Assembly (NCBI GenBank): GCA_964016885.1
Contig: OZ024742.1
Span: forward strand, 285,014,001 to 285,078,000
Direction: 5' to 3'
DNA length: 64,000 nt
Origin: Eledone cirrhosa
Lineage: Eukaryota
The position numbers and the translations under genes are program-made. Positions within the stretch are counted from its first letter, which is position 1, and each line of letters opens with the position of its first letter. The notes below the pieces were generated by a model, which worked only from the letters and a program-made list of their open reading frames with translations, was not told where the DNA came from and did no database searches. Positions 24,203 to 36,006 of this stretch are shown in pieces.

Positions 24203-27200
24203 ATCATCATTTTATGCCTGTTTTTCCATGCTTGCATGGGTTGGACGGGTCTTTTCCAGCACAGCATCCCTTCACTGCTGCAGTTCTTTATCATCTCCTC
24301 TAAGAGTTTCAGTAATTTGAGATCAGCTCCCACAACCTCAGTCCAGGTCTTCCTTCTACTGCAGCTTCCTTTCACTAGGATTTCTTGGCATTTTTTCACC
24401 CAATGATCATTATCTATGCACAATTACATAGCCATACCAGTGCAGTCTTCTCTCCTGTGCACCTAATCTGATTTATCTTATATCCAGCTTTTCTCTGAGT
24501 TCATCCATACTTTTTCCTCCATGCACATTAGCATTGTACATCCATTGGAATATGCTTGCTTCATTTCTCTCTAGCCCTTGCATATCCTCTGCATTCATTG
24601 TCCATGTCTCATTGCTATGCAACATTGCACTTTGCACATAGACATTATACAGTCAGTCTTTCTTACATGGAAATAACCTTTTGTTGTCAACAGAGGTAGT
24701 AGCCCCCTGAGCTTTTTCCACCCTGTCTTATCTAGGTACTATGCTCTCAGTGCAATCTCCTCCACTGCTTATGAGATCACCTAGGTAGAAGAAGCTATCA
24801 ACCACAATTATGAAACCTTCCTAGGATTATAAAAAAAATATTTCATTGATGCTCTTACTACCATCTATTCTTGTGCATCTGGCTGATATCCTACTATACT
24901 TCTTGTGTACCCAAGATTTACATTGTGTACATCATATAAAGTTTCTACCTAGTCCTTTTCTACATATTGAGCAAAGCCACTTCCTTGATGGGATCAGGGT
25001 GCTGTCTTCTATAGCTCTTCCACAAATTTGACTATAAAAATCAAGTCCTCAGCATACAGATGTTTACAAAGACAGACAGTCTAAACACCTCTGTTATGGC
25101 CTGGAGAACTATAATGAACTGGACTGGGCTGAGAACTGAGCCCTCATGAACACCTATCTCACCAGGTGCGGTGGAACAGCCCCCTCCCTCGATTATATAT
25201 TTCTCCCAAAACTACCAAATCACACATCTATTTGTATATGCGCTACAATTTATGTATATCAAAGCTTTTTTTTAATATCTTGGTTGATATTTGATAACAA
25301 CATAACTAATCACTATAAATTAATTGACCAAATTTGCACCCCCACCCTCATTCAGAAATGCTTCCACTACCCCTGTGCACTTTGAATTCATCACTAAATT
25401 CATAACCACCTCTCTCTTTACTGACAGCTCTTCTGTATACAGTTTGAACTACTCTCACAAACCATTTTTTAACCACCAGATAATGGATTGTGGTCTACTG
25501 TCAAAGGCCTCCAGATAAAAAAAGCCAGATTTTGTGGCTTACACCTAGCTGGGAACTTAAATTGCATCTCATCAAATTTGACTCTTTCCCTAATTAGTTG
25601 TGCTAAAACTCTTTCTATCACTTTCATAACTTGGTCCATCAGTTTTATTCCCCTGTAGTTGCTGCTTTCTAGCGCATTGCCTTTTTCCTAGTTACAATTA
25701 ATCAGTATACTACTATGCCAGTCATTGGGTATGACCTCATCATGTATTACCTAAGTCATTATACAGATGACTACTCTGACTCCTATTTCTCCAGAATATT
25801 TCAGCATCTCAGCAACGATTTCTGACAGATTGGTGGCTTTACCATTTTTCCTCTCCTTGATTACTTCTTTGACTCTGTAACTGTCAATTTAGAAAGCTTG
25901 TCCTTCTGTTGGGCCAACTGGCAGTAGACTCTTTTCCTCTCATGCATTCATCAAACTCTCATAATAGCACTGCCAGGCCTTTTTTTAAATTTTTTTTTTT
26001 AGTGTCAGTGATGCTAAGTGTACTGGTGTCATTTTGAACACACTTTTCAATAACAATGTCCCTGTTTTCATGGACACACTTTTTAATGATTCAGTGCACC
26101 TCACTGCTCTGATCCTCATGTATCAAGTCATTGGCATCCCTCCTGCTTTCAGGTTTTTTGCATGCTATATGTAACTGTTGCTTAGCTTCTCTTTTAACTA
26201 CCTGGTACTGATCTTTGCTACCTCCATGTATCCAATACCTCAATTTTCTTTAACAACTCAGTCAACAGTGCTGTTCCACCTTTAGGTTTCCTTTCTCCGT
26301 CTGGTTGGTACTTTGCTCCAGCTCCAGGTTTCTACAGTAGCCTGCAGTAGGTTGTCTCATAGAAACTTCCAGTTGTCCTTCATACCATATGTGTCTTATT
26401 CCTCCTCTTTCTTTAGCTTCCATACTCCCTTTCCATATATTCCAGCATTTCTTGTTCCATCTTGAGCTTATTCTAATGTCACTAATAACTAACTTATGTT
26501 GAGTGGTGCATTCTTCTCTGAGGAAGGATATAGCACTCATAACCATCTGCCTATCCCATCTTCTAACAAGTAAAAAGTTAATCTAGCTTGTTGTTCACCC
26601 GATTGGTAAGTGATTAGTTGGGCGGTTGGTTTTCTGAAGTTAGTGTTGCAAAAGGTGAGTTCATTTGCATCACAGAATTCTAGGAGCCCTGTTCCCTCAT
26701 TATTCCTTTGACCATAACTATATCCATCATTTACACAAGTGTAGATATTCTGATGTTGCTTCACATATCCATTGAAGTCACCAGCCAGGACAACAAGGTC
26801 TCTGACATCTGTACCTGAAGTTGTCTGTAAGATTTTCTAATAGAAACAGTCTTTAGTCATGCTAATGGTGCATAAGTAGAGATAATTGTCATCATTCTAT
26901 TGTTTATGACTGTTCTAAGTTTGATAATTCTGTCCTGTCACTTACTCTAACTACTTCGATTACCTTATCTATCCATTTCCCAGTTTGTAGAATGCCTACT
27001 CTTCCTACCTTATCATCATTTCCTACTCAGAAAAGCTTTTTTCTATGTTGCTTGCCTGTGAGTATTCTTGCTGGAGCATCCTTCCATTTCACCTCTTGTA
27101 TACAGCATCTGTTCATCTTCTCTCAAGCAACTCAATAATTTCTCCAGATCTACCTTTCAAGGTGCCCACATTGAAAGTGGCAGCCCTGAGATGTGTTACC

Positions 27201-27240
27201 TGACAATGGTAATTAGGTCCTTTAATAGTAGTTCTCTCTA
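24203..27240 (-). mobile_element. Near full-length, heavily degenerate RTE LINE
   Basis: Minus-strand fragments run from endonuclease (ATFNVGTLKGRSGEIIELLERR; LEFCDANELTFCNTNFRK) to the C-terminus (WVKKCQEI) and tail. Confidence 0.85.
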
Positions 27241-27676
27241 CCTGGAAAAGAAAGTGGGTATGTGATTGCTTGATGTCAGTTGAGGGGTTCTTGCACATGG
27301 CTAGGTTAACAACCCCACTACCATGTGCAGCACTAACATGACTATTAAGCTTGTATATGCAATTAATGTAAATTTTTAATGCTCTATTTATCATAGTTTT
27401 GGGTGGGGTTTTACTAGTTGGATGCAGTTTCTATCACCAATCACTGTACAATGTGAACTAGGAGTGATTCATGGTGCCACTGGCACTAGGTAGTTTGTCT
27501 GACTGGACTGAAGAGTCCTCTTTACCCTATGTCAGTTCTAATTCTAATCAGGGCTTCCTCCCATGCAGTTTCTGGAGCCCCTGCCATTATAGAACAATGC
27601 ATGGGAAGGTGGAGGTTAAATACACACACACACATATGTGTGTGTGTGTGTGTATATATTTATATATTTAGTTATT

Positions 27677-27776
27677 TACATGTCTATATGAAGGTTGTAT
27701 ATTGAATAATATACAATATGTTTACAAATAAACATTTCGTATATTATTTGATATACCACCTTCATATATACATGTA
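27677..27776. repeat. 100-bp imperfect palindrome
   Basis: tacatgtctatatgaaggttgtatattgaataatatacaatatgttta-caaa-taaacatttcgtatattatttgatataccaccttcatatatacatgta. Confidence 0.85.
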
Positions 27777-27787
27777 TATATACATGT

Positions 27788-28545
27788 ATCATCATCATCA
27801 TCGTTTAACGTCTTCCACGCTTGCATGGGTTTGGACGGGAGTTTCCCCACTTGAGGCAAGATTTGTTGTCCTGCTCATATAGGACTGTCTGGTGGGTTTT
27901 CTACGGCTGGATGCCCTTCCTAACACCAACCACGTTTACAGTGTGGACTGGGAGGTTTTTACTGTGTTACCTACACGGCCACATTACAGCGTGGACCGTG
28001 TGTTTTTTTGACGTGACACCTACACGACCTCATTTGTTTCGGACTGGATGTTGTGGTACCAACATAACTTCACATTTAGGGGGGGGGGGGTATTTTGTTA
28101 GAGGTGCCTACTGACTGTAGGTTTCGCTTTGAACTTAGGCAAGGCGGGTCTTCTGTATGAGTGTGTAGTGCCAAAGATCTCGGTCCAGTGACATTGTCTT
28201 GGAGAGGTGTAAGTGTGTGAGGTCGGAATTTATCAAGTCAACCTAGGTTTTTCTGGGTCTGCCTACTCCGTGGCTACCGTCTATTTTTATCGCCCTGCAC
28301 TTTTTTATACAGCTGTCGTCTTTCATGCACCTCACGTGATTGTACCAACGTAGTTTTCTCTCGAGTAAACAACATCTGATCCCTCTTATTCCTAATTTCT
28401 CCCTTAGTTCGTTTATGCTTTGCCGTTCACGTATATTTCTATTACACATCCAGCAGAGCATGCAAGCTTCGTTTCTCTCCAGTCTGCATATATCCTCTGC
28501 ACACAATGCCCAGGTCTCACTGCCATGTAACATTGCTGTTCGTAT
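27788..28545 (-). mobile_element. 5'-truncated RTE LINE, close relative of 62745-63532
   Basis: HGSETWALCAEDICRLERNE...GRPRKT, 3'UTR and (GAT)n tail nearly identical to the copy ending at 63532. Confidence 0.9.
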
Positions 28546-28640
28546 GTATATATCTCTAAACCCATGCTAGCGTGGAAGATAGACGTTAAACGATGATGAT
28601 GATATGTATACAGCTATGTTGGAGCGAATATCCTATTCTA

Positions 28641-28674
<34 letters not shown>

Positions 28675-28676
28675 CT

Positions 28677-28721
<45 letters not shown>

Positions 28722-29169
28722 TATATTATATTATTTATTTATGTTCAAACACAACAAAAGTGCTACCTAAGATTTCAAGGCCCAATATTGACCATATCTC
28801 CAGAATATGGAGGGATCATAATTGTGATCTAATATTCAGGCGCTTATACAAGTTTATATGATACCATTAAAAGTATAGCATGCTAAAGCACTAGTTTAGG
28901 AAAATTGTATTATAACAAAGGGAAATAACTCCAAGATGTAAATTTAAAATTGTACATGTGTTAATATTCATGGGCTATAGGAAATGTATAGCATTATGTC
29001 GTGGAATGTAATATAGAGATGGTAATATTTATTGAGGTATGGAAGAGAGTAGTACAGTTGTACTACTGTATTGTGTGTGGGAAAAAAGATTTTAAGACAG
29101 TATATTAATCAAATTAAGGTGGTTGAAAATTAGTTGAATCTGTTGAGTATTTCCACTTAGCAAGCAGTT

Positions 29170-29790
29170 GGCTTTTGAGATGGAGTTATCTTCTAAAAAT
29201 TTCACCCTTTGAGTTCAAATAATTATTGTTTGGAGACAACAAGCTTTATAATATTTTTAATTTCTCATTTAGACAGTGACAGCATCTCTTGGCACCACTG
29301 GTGTAAGGTCTGGATTTTTCAAGTATCTTCCAAGTAATCTTATGTGGGACTCCTTTCTCCTCTAATTTCCAGATGTTTTTGCCAGTGCTGTACTAGTTCT
29401 CATATCAGGATTACTGAAGGAGTAGAGATGCAAGTAAAAATGTTGTTTAAAGCGATCTTGCACCATACTGACATCTTTTCTCAGCTTCAGAATTTTCTGT
29501 GTTGTTGTGTGCAATCTCTGCTTCATACACAACAGATTTAATATTATATTTCTGTTGGAGATGGCAGTTTTCTTTAAGCCTACAAGAGCAGCTTGGATTT
29601 ATGTCAGGTATGTTTTTTGCAGTAATTTTTGATCTCATAGATGGGCCACATGAATAGGATATCTTGACGGAATTGCGATTGAATTTTTTACTGTATCTAT
29701 GTTGTGATGGGAAATGTCTATCTATTAAATTTAAAAACTTTTTGCCTTCATTAGTCTTTACTTTAAGGGAATTAATGTTAAATTACTCGG
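29170..29790 (-). mobile_element. Penelope-like element remnant (RT C-terminus + GIY-YIG endonuclease)
   Basis: Minus strand: GKKFLNLIDRHFP..KFNRNSVKISYSC, CSCRLKENC..SVVYEA, IWKLEEKG..ITWKILEKSRPYTSGAKRCCHCLNEK; broken by frameshifts. Confidence 0.8.
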
Positions 29791-29794
29791 GGAC

Positions 29795-30930
29795 AATGGT
29801 GGTAGGAATGGAAGTGACCTACCTTTGCATCTTCACACATGTCCAAACTGAACCTTCCTGTGCGGATGTTCACCTGTTTTATGTCCAGCCAAAGAATATA
29901 GCAATTCTCCCACACTCAATTATAGCAGCCATGAAGACACGCACATCGCACTTAAGACAGGAGAGCGCCTGAAAAACCCTGCTAACTTCCCATGTGACGT
30001 CACTGGACCCTCACTTCTGGCAAGATTTTCCCTGCACTTCCGGCACCCTAGACCCACACACAACCCCTGATCTGAAGGATCAATCACCCCATCATATCAT
30101 TCCATGTCAAAGTCTGTCATCCACCTGAATGAGCGGCGTTCCCATTGTGATCTCTACACAGTTGGGGCAGCGCTTTCGCTCTCCTCTTCTTCAAAGTCCA
30201 TCAAATCAACTACTCTACGAACACCCAAGACATGATGTGGAATTCCATCCACAGACACATTGTTTCAGGAATTTACAGCTATTACCATTCCCTTTCCCCA
30301 TTGAGATGTGCAATGCGCATTTGAGGGCTTGATCCAGACTTCTTTGCCCACTTGTACGAACACATTCTCTCTCTCTTCCACAGGTCATTGTAATAATATG
30401 TATGGATGTCACCATTGATATCTATATATTGCCCTATGTGGCACTGACTGTCACACCCTAAGAGACATGTTGTACCAGAATACCACCTCCATCAATGAAA
30501 TATGTCCCCTCTTTGCTATGCCTTGATCATGTGATGGTGCCTCTCCATGATCCCATTTCCACTTGACCTCTACGCCACTCTGAAGAAGTGGCTTACATTC
30601 CATCGATCAAGCATCTTCTTCAGCACCTCCGAGTGAAATGCTGTGCTATTATCCATCAACAGTTCAACTACAGGGCCCTGCTCCAAGAATATCTCTTTCA
30701 GTGTCCATGCAATTTTCTCCACAGTTCCCATCTTCATCTCCCTTCATATTGCATTCTGCCCTGGTCTGTAATTGACCATTGAGAGATACGTCTCCTGTCA
30801 GTAGTGTGTCATATCCACTGCCAAACACTTCCAGTTGTATTCCACTGGAATGTTACCCAACTTGTGTACGCCTGGTATGGGGGTCAATAAACTGACATCT
30901 GTCACAACTTCCGACCACTGACTTAATAAA
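29795..30930 (-). mobile_element. Old, degenerate Gypsy-type fragment (integrase, PPT, 3' LTR remnant)
   Basis: Collinear with 32040-32900 (e.g. WKCLAVDMTHY; 'cccctgatctgaaggatcaat' vs 'ccccctgatctcaaggatcaat'). Confidence 0.8.
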
Positions 30931-31188
30931 TTCCTATGTTTGTTTTCAATCAAAACACCTTCTGATTTCTTATACAACTTTTTATTTCACTGCTAGCCCC
31001 TTTTGTTACAAAAGTATACATTCTTTTTCATTTTCAAGTAAGTGTAATAAGCTTTCACTTTCTGTGTAGGAGGAGCACTAAACTCTTGTTAAGCTGAAAT
31101 TTAATTGTTTCACATTTTATATGAATATTGAATACTCAGCTACAAAAGCAAGGCTTCTGGTTTGGCCGATTAGTTATGTATATAAAAG

Positions 31189-31309
31189 ATATATCACTTA
31201 GTTTGTTCTTTCCTATCACTAACGTCTTTATGGACATTTCTGAATGTGTCTGTTAATGTCTTCACATTTTTACACCTGCCTACACCAAATACTGAATATT
31301 AGAAAAACA
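31189..31309 (+). other. Homologue of the shared 5'UTR exon belonging to ZNF-B (acceptor degraded)
   Basis: Aligns with 46559-46692; donor AAAACA|gtaagt retained, acceptor tatttcag changed to tataaaag. Confidence 0.7.
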
Positions 31310-31424
31310 GTAAGTGATACAAATATATCTCTACTCTTGACCAAGTTTAGGCTTCTTGTTTTATGTACGATGAGTGAAAACTTTATAATAGTTTATGACT
31401 TATTTCTATTTGGTTCACCAAAGA

Positions 31425-31685
31425 ATGGCCTAGTGGTCAGAGTGTTGGATTTAACAATCATAATTTTGTAGTTTCAACTCCTGGGTTGTGTGTTGCGTTC
31501 TTGAGCAAAACACTTCATTTCACATTGCTCCAGTATACTCAGCTGAGAATGAGTACCAGCAATAGAAGGGGGGTTAATCCTGCGATGGACTGGCGTCCCA
31601 TCCGAGGGGGAGTATTGTACTCTTAGTCTCTTCACGCCACGGAAACCGAGATAAGCACCGGCCTGATGCGCCTCAAGGCTCGAGA
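31425..31685 (+). mobile_element. tRNA-derived SINE (family 2)
   Basis: TGGCCTAGTGG A-box, gtttcaactcc B-box-like motif, core 'cttgagcaaaacacttcatttcacattgctccag'; partial copies at ~41825 and ~53787. Confidence 0.7.
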
Positions 31686-31796
31686 CAAACATTAGATATT
31701 TTCTTCTTCTTCTGATAACTTTTTTTTTTTTCTCAATATGTAAACAATAATTTTTATATTTTAATTTTCTTCTAAACATTTTTTTTTCTTACTTTC

Positions 31797-32038
31797 TGGG
31801 GTTAGAAAAAGCTATCTCACTTACCGCTTTCATAGGCGCCGCTAAATCCCACTGCTGGCTTCTCCTCTTCCACGTGCGTCCAACTCATTAACACCGGGAG
31901 CTGCCAAAACTCACGTCCACACCGTTGCTGGTCACCACTAGAGAGAGGCCGATCTGCTGGCCCTTCCGGTCAAGCACCCTTCCGGCCAAGCACCCTTCTG
32001 GTCGAGCACTCCCCTGCTTCCGGCCACCGCACGCCACA
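31797..32038 (-). repeat. 3' LTR (242 bp)
   Basis: Direct repeat of 35738-35995, adjacent to the purine tract AGGGGGGGCG on the element strand. Confidence 0.9.
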
Positions 32039-32052
32039 CGCCCCCCCTGATC

Positions 32053-34902
32053 TCAAGGATCAATTTCCCCCTCGTCCTTCTGCATATGAAAGTCTGCTGT
32101 CCAGATTGGTGGTTTGCGACTTCTTTGCGATCTCCGCAGTGTTGGGGCGGCACTTTGGGTTTCCTCTTCCTCGAAGTCCATTGACACAGTGATTCTACGG
32201 TCATCCAGGACATGACGTGGTACTCCGTCCACGGACACATTGTTCTGGGAATTTACGGTCGTCACCGTTCCCCTACCCCATTGAGATGTGCAACGTGCAT
32301 CTGGGGGCTTAACCCAGACTTCTTTGCCCACCTGCACGAATGCACTCTCTCTCCCCACTGGCCGTTGTGGTGGTGTGCACGGGTGCCGCCACTCGTATCT
32401 GAATACTGCTCTGTGTGGCACCGATTCCTCGACCTGTCCCACCCGAGGGGACATGTTGTACCAGAACACTGCCTCCATTGGTGAAATATGTCCCTGCTCC
32501 ACCATTGCCTTGATCGTCCGGTGGTGTCGCTCCACAATTCCATTCCCGCTCGGCCTGTGCGCTGCTCTAAAGAAACGGTCCACCTGCCATCCATCGAGCA
32601 TCTCCCTCAGCGCCTCTGAGCGGAATACTGCGCTGTTGTCCATCAGCAGTTCGTCCACGGGGCCCCGCTCCAAGAACACCTCTCTCAACGTCCGCATGAT
32701 TTTCTCGGCCGTTCCAGTCTTCATCTCCCTCCATATCGCCATCCGTCCTGGTCCACAGTCGACCACCGAGAGGTACGTTCCCTGTCGGTAGTGCGTTACA
32801 TCCACCGCCAATCGCTTCCAGTCGCGATCCACCGGGCGGCTTCCCGTTTCGTGCACACCCGGGGCAGGATCAAGGGACTGACATCGGACGGAGCCTCTAA
32901 CCACCCTTTGAACACTGTGTCTGTTAACGTCCGAGTCGATTCTCCTGGCTAGGAACAGGCTCCTGTCCACTCCCATGTGGTGCATGTCATGCAACCCTTT
33001 CAGATCCGACTCGGTCAGCCGACACACGGCAGCTATCTCATCTTCTACCTCGTCCGGCGCTTCCATCCAGGCTTTCTTCACCCTAGTTAAGACGTCCGCC
33101 CTATTTTTCTCTGAGGGCACGAAAACTACGCTCAGCCTCAGGTCGAAATCAGTGACCAGCTCTCATAAAGTTCCCAGGCGGCGATTTATCAGCATCTCCG
33201 CCACCCCTCTCGTTCGCACTCTCTTCTCACTGGTGACCACTGATCTCACCCATCCGAGTACAGTAGCCGAGTCGGTGCGTATCTCGATGGTGCGCAGTCC
33301 CCACCTCAGGGCGAGGTTCACCCCTTTCAACACTGCGTCCAATTCGGCCACATTGATGTGGTTGCAGTCATCCTTCTTCCTAAGCCAGGCTGCATCCTCG
33401 ACCTCAACACCTCCTATCTCCAACGTGACACCCAGCGGTATGCTGCTGGCATCGCACCATACGGTCCCGTTCTGCGATTTGGAAACATACCAGCGTCCCC
33501 GCACTGGGTCGTCGGCCTTCACCCTCCCCACGATCTCCTGCATCATGGCCACCGTCCTCTCTCCCACTCTGTCACTCCAAATCACTCCTCCCGCTCGTCT
33601 CTTGACATAGCTGCATGCCGTCCGGAGCCACCCAGCAATCGGGTAGTGACCCACCAACTTTCCACACACCGAGAAAAGCTCCCGCCTACTCATACTTGGG
33701 CCCAGTTCTGGAACTTCATTTCCCCTATGGAATACCAAGACGCCCATCCTGTCTCGCCGTAGCCTAAGTCCCGGCGCGGCTCCTCCCTCCAACACTTCTG
33801 ATGGCTTCGCAGCCAGTCGATACCCCTATAAATGGCTCGTGACCTCCGCCGCCGACACCACAGACTCGTCCACTAGGATGTCGTCAATGTAGGAGTTAGT
33901 GGCCCTCTTCATCTTGTCGGCCTTTCCCAGAATGGTCTTGAGAACCGCCGCCATGATCTTCGATGCAGAGCTCAGCCCAAAACAGAGTCTGGTCAGGCAA
34001 TATGTCCGGCCCTTATAGCTGACCAGCTGATACTGCCAGAGCTTCTCATCTATATGCAATTGCAAGTATGCCGACTTTAGATCTACGACTGCTGAACCCC
34101 CCGTCATGCGTCTCCAATCACGCAGGGTTTCCCCACAGACATCCATGACCTCGCCACCCGTGTGGCATGACACGTGCTCGTTCAGCTCCCGAAAGTCCAG
34201 CACCGGCGTCACCTTGTTCTTCGTGGGTTGCGCCACCGCCATTAACGGCAATACTCTGCACTTCACCTTCTCTTTCCAGGGAAGCAGTATGCCCTCCTCA
34301 ATCCATCTCTCTACCTCTCGCTTGAACTCGCTCCTGATGTTTCCCTTCAATGTGTTGATAGCAGCCCACTTTGGTCTTCAGTGTTGGTGGTTCTCTTTTC
34401 CAGTACCACTCAACAACCCATCGCTGCCCATCGAACATGGCCTTGAAGTCTTTGTCCTGCACAGTGTAAGCGGGGTATTTCTCCTCGTGGGCCTTCTGGT
34501 TCTCCTGTCGCGTACTCACAGCGCATACCGATGCAGTGGCGCCAAACGACACACCGATGTTGTTCACTGTGACACCTCCTAGACGACCAATTGCGTCCAT
34601 GCCCATAACCACGCCAATTCCAACCACCATGCTGTCTACTACGATGGCAGAAAGCCTTATTTTCCTTCCCCGTACCGCTATTTCCATCTCGCTGTGACCA
34701 CGGCATTCAATTTTCCTGCCGTCAACTGGCCTTATGCTGCTCTAACCTCTCCACCTCTGCGCCACCCCCGCGGTCACCAATGTCGTCGTACAGCCCGTGT
34801 CCACGAGGGCTCGCTGTGGCTTTCCCCTCATGAAGACTTCCACCACGAGCAGCGCCTCTACTCGTAAGGGGCAACTACCGGCGCAGTAGTTCCCCTTGGA
34901 TC
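32053..34902 (-). pseudogene. pol: pol (protease, RT, RNase H, integrase) with in-frame stops and a frameshift
   Basis: ALVDTG protease, YIDD RT, CDAS..AELDAV..TDS RNase H, LAVD..LMDN..GIVER integrase; stops at ~34743, 33826 and 33163, frameshift near 34350. Confidence 0.9.
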
Positions 34903-35619
34903 GTTTCCCTGGTCGCAGTTAGTAGCGATATGGCCTGGTCGCTTACACCGGTAGCATATTATTTCCGGCCTTGACTCTCTACAGTCTCTAGCCATGTGTG
35001 GGCCCTGGCACCTAAAACAGCGACCTCTAAACGTTTGCGGGCGACCGCGTGCCGTAGTTGCCTCCCTTTCACCATTTTGCTGCCAGCTGTCTTGAGCCTC
35101 TGTAGTTGCTATTGCCGCGACTCTCTTCTTGGCATCTTCTGCTATGATCCGGGCTTGTTCCACCAGTGAACACATTTCCATTTCTTTGTAACCCGTGACT
35201 TGCTGCAGTTTCACTGCTATGTTGTCTGGAAATTCATTTATGAACGCCAACTGCACCGTGCATTCGCATTCCACCCGATATCCAGCCAACATGACCACTC
35301 GCTGTATTTCCGCTGCGAAAATGTCAACGCATTCACCGTTCCATCTAATTCTTGCCAGGTTAGCGAAAGCAGCTAACGGTCCCTCTGCGAACGCTTCCAT
35401 CATGCACTTCTCAATCTTTTGCGCATCTCTTTGGCTGTGTTCATCCAACTCAAGGAAGAGTACCAACGCATCCCCCTCGAGGTACAGTGCCATGAGGCCA
35501 GCCACATCTTCTATCTTCTGTAAGCTTGCGACCAGCCGGACTTTTCGCAGCCAAGCGACAACATTACCTTCACTGGTAAATGCCCTGATCGCTTCTCTTG
35601 TTCGTAGTCTGGTCGCCAT
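34858..35619 (-). CDS. gag: Gag, 253 aa, with two zinc knuckles
   Basis: Open ORF following the 5' LTR; CFRCQGPHMARDC and CYRCKRPGHIATNC. Confidence 0.9.
   Translation of the reverse strand: MATRLRTREAIRAFTSEGNVVAWLRKVRLVASLQKIEDVAGLMALYLEGDALVLFLELDEHSQRDAQKIEKCMMEAFAEGPLAAFANLARIRWNGECVDIFAAEIQRVVMLAGYRVECECTVQLAFINEFPDNIAVKLQQVTGYKEMEMCSLVEQARIIAEDAKKRVAAIATTEAQDSWQQNGEREATTARGRPQTFRGRCFRCQGPHMARDCRESRPEIICYRCKRPGHIATNCDQGNDPRGTTAPVVAPYE
34866..34909 (-). promoter_or_regulatory. -1 ribosomal frameshift signal (G GGA AAC + stem-loop)
   Basis: Heptamer is in gag phase, then a 5-nt spacer and hairpin AAGGGGAACTAC-tgcgccg-GTAGTTgCCCCTT; the -1 frame opens into ALVDTG. Confidence 0.85.
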
Positions 35620-35737
35620 ATTCTAATTTGTCTTGCGGTACGTTTTAAAAAAACAACAGACTCCTCTTTGTTTTTCCAGTAGCTTTTTTTTTTTTTTTTT
35701 TTTCAATCAGATCTCAGTTTCCAGTGCCGAAATAGCT

Positions 35738-36006
35738 TGTGGTTAGAAAAAGCTATCTCACTTACCGCTTTTCATAGGCGCCGCTAAATCCCACTGCTGG
35801 TTCTCCTCTTCCACGTGCGTCCAACTCATTAACACCGGGAGCTGCCAAAACTCGCGTCCACACCGTTGCTGGTCACCACTAGAGAGAGGCCGATCTGCTG
35901 GCCCTTCCGGTCGAGCACCCTTCCGGCCAAGCACCCTTCCGGCCAAGCACCCTTCTGGTCGAACACTCCCCCGCTTCCAGCCACTGCACGCCACACCATA
36001 CCCACA
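35738..36006 (-). repeat. 5' LTR (269 bp)
   Basis: Element strand begins TGTGGG and ends CCACA; abuts the CTTTC TSD. Confidence 0.9.

Larger units (their letters stand above)
31797..36006 (-). mobile_element. Full-length but defective Ty3/Gypsy-type LTR retrotransposon (4210 bp)
   Basis: Two LTRs with TG...CA ends, 5-bp TSD CTTTC (31792-31796, 36007-36011), PPT at ~32039-32050, domain order gag-PR-RT-RH-IN. Confidence 0.95.

Noticed and set aside
34828-34860. Stop-codon readthrough from gag into pol
   Set aside because: Frame 0 meets TGA nine codons later; the protease motif is in the -1 frame.
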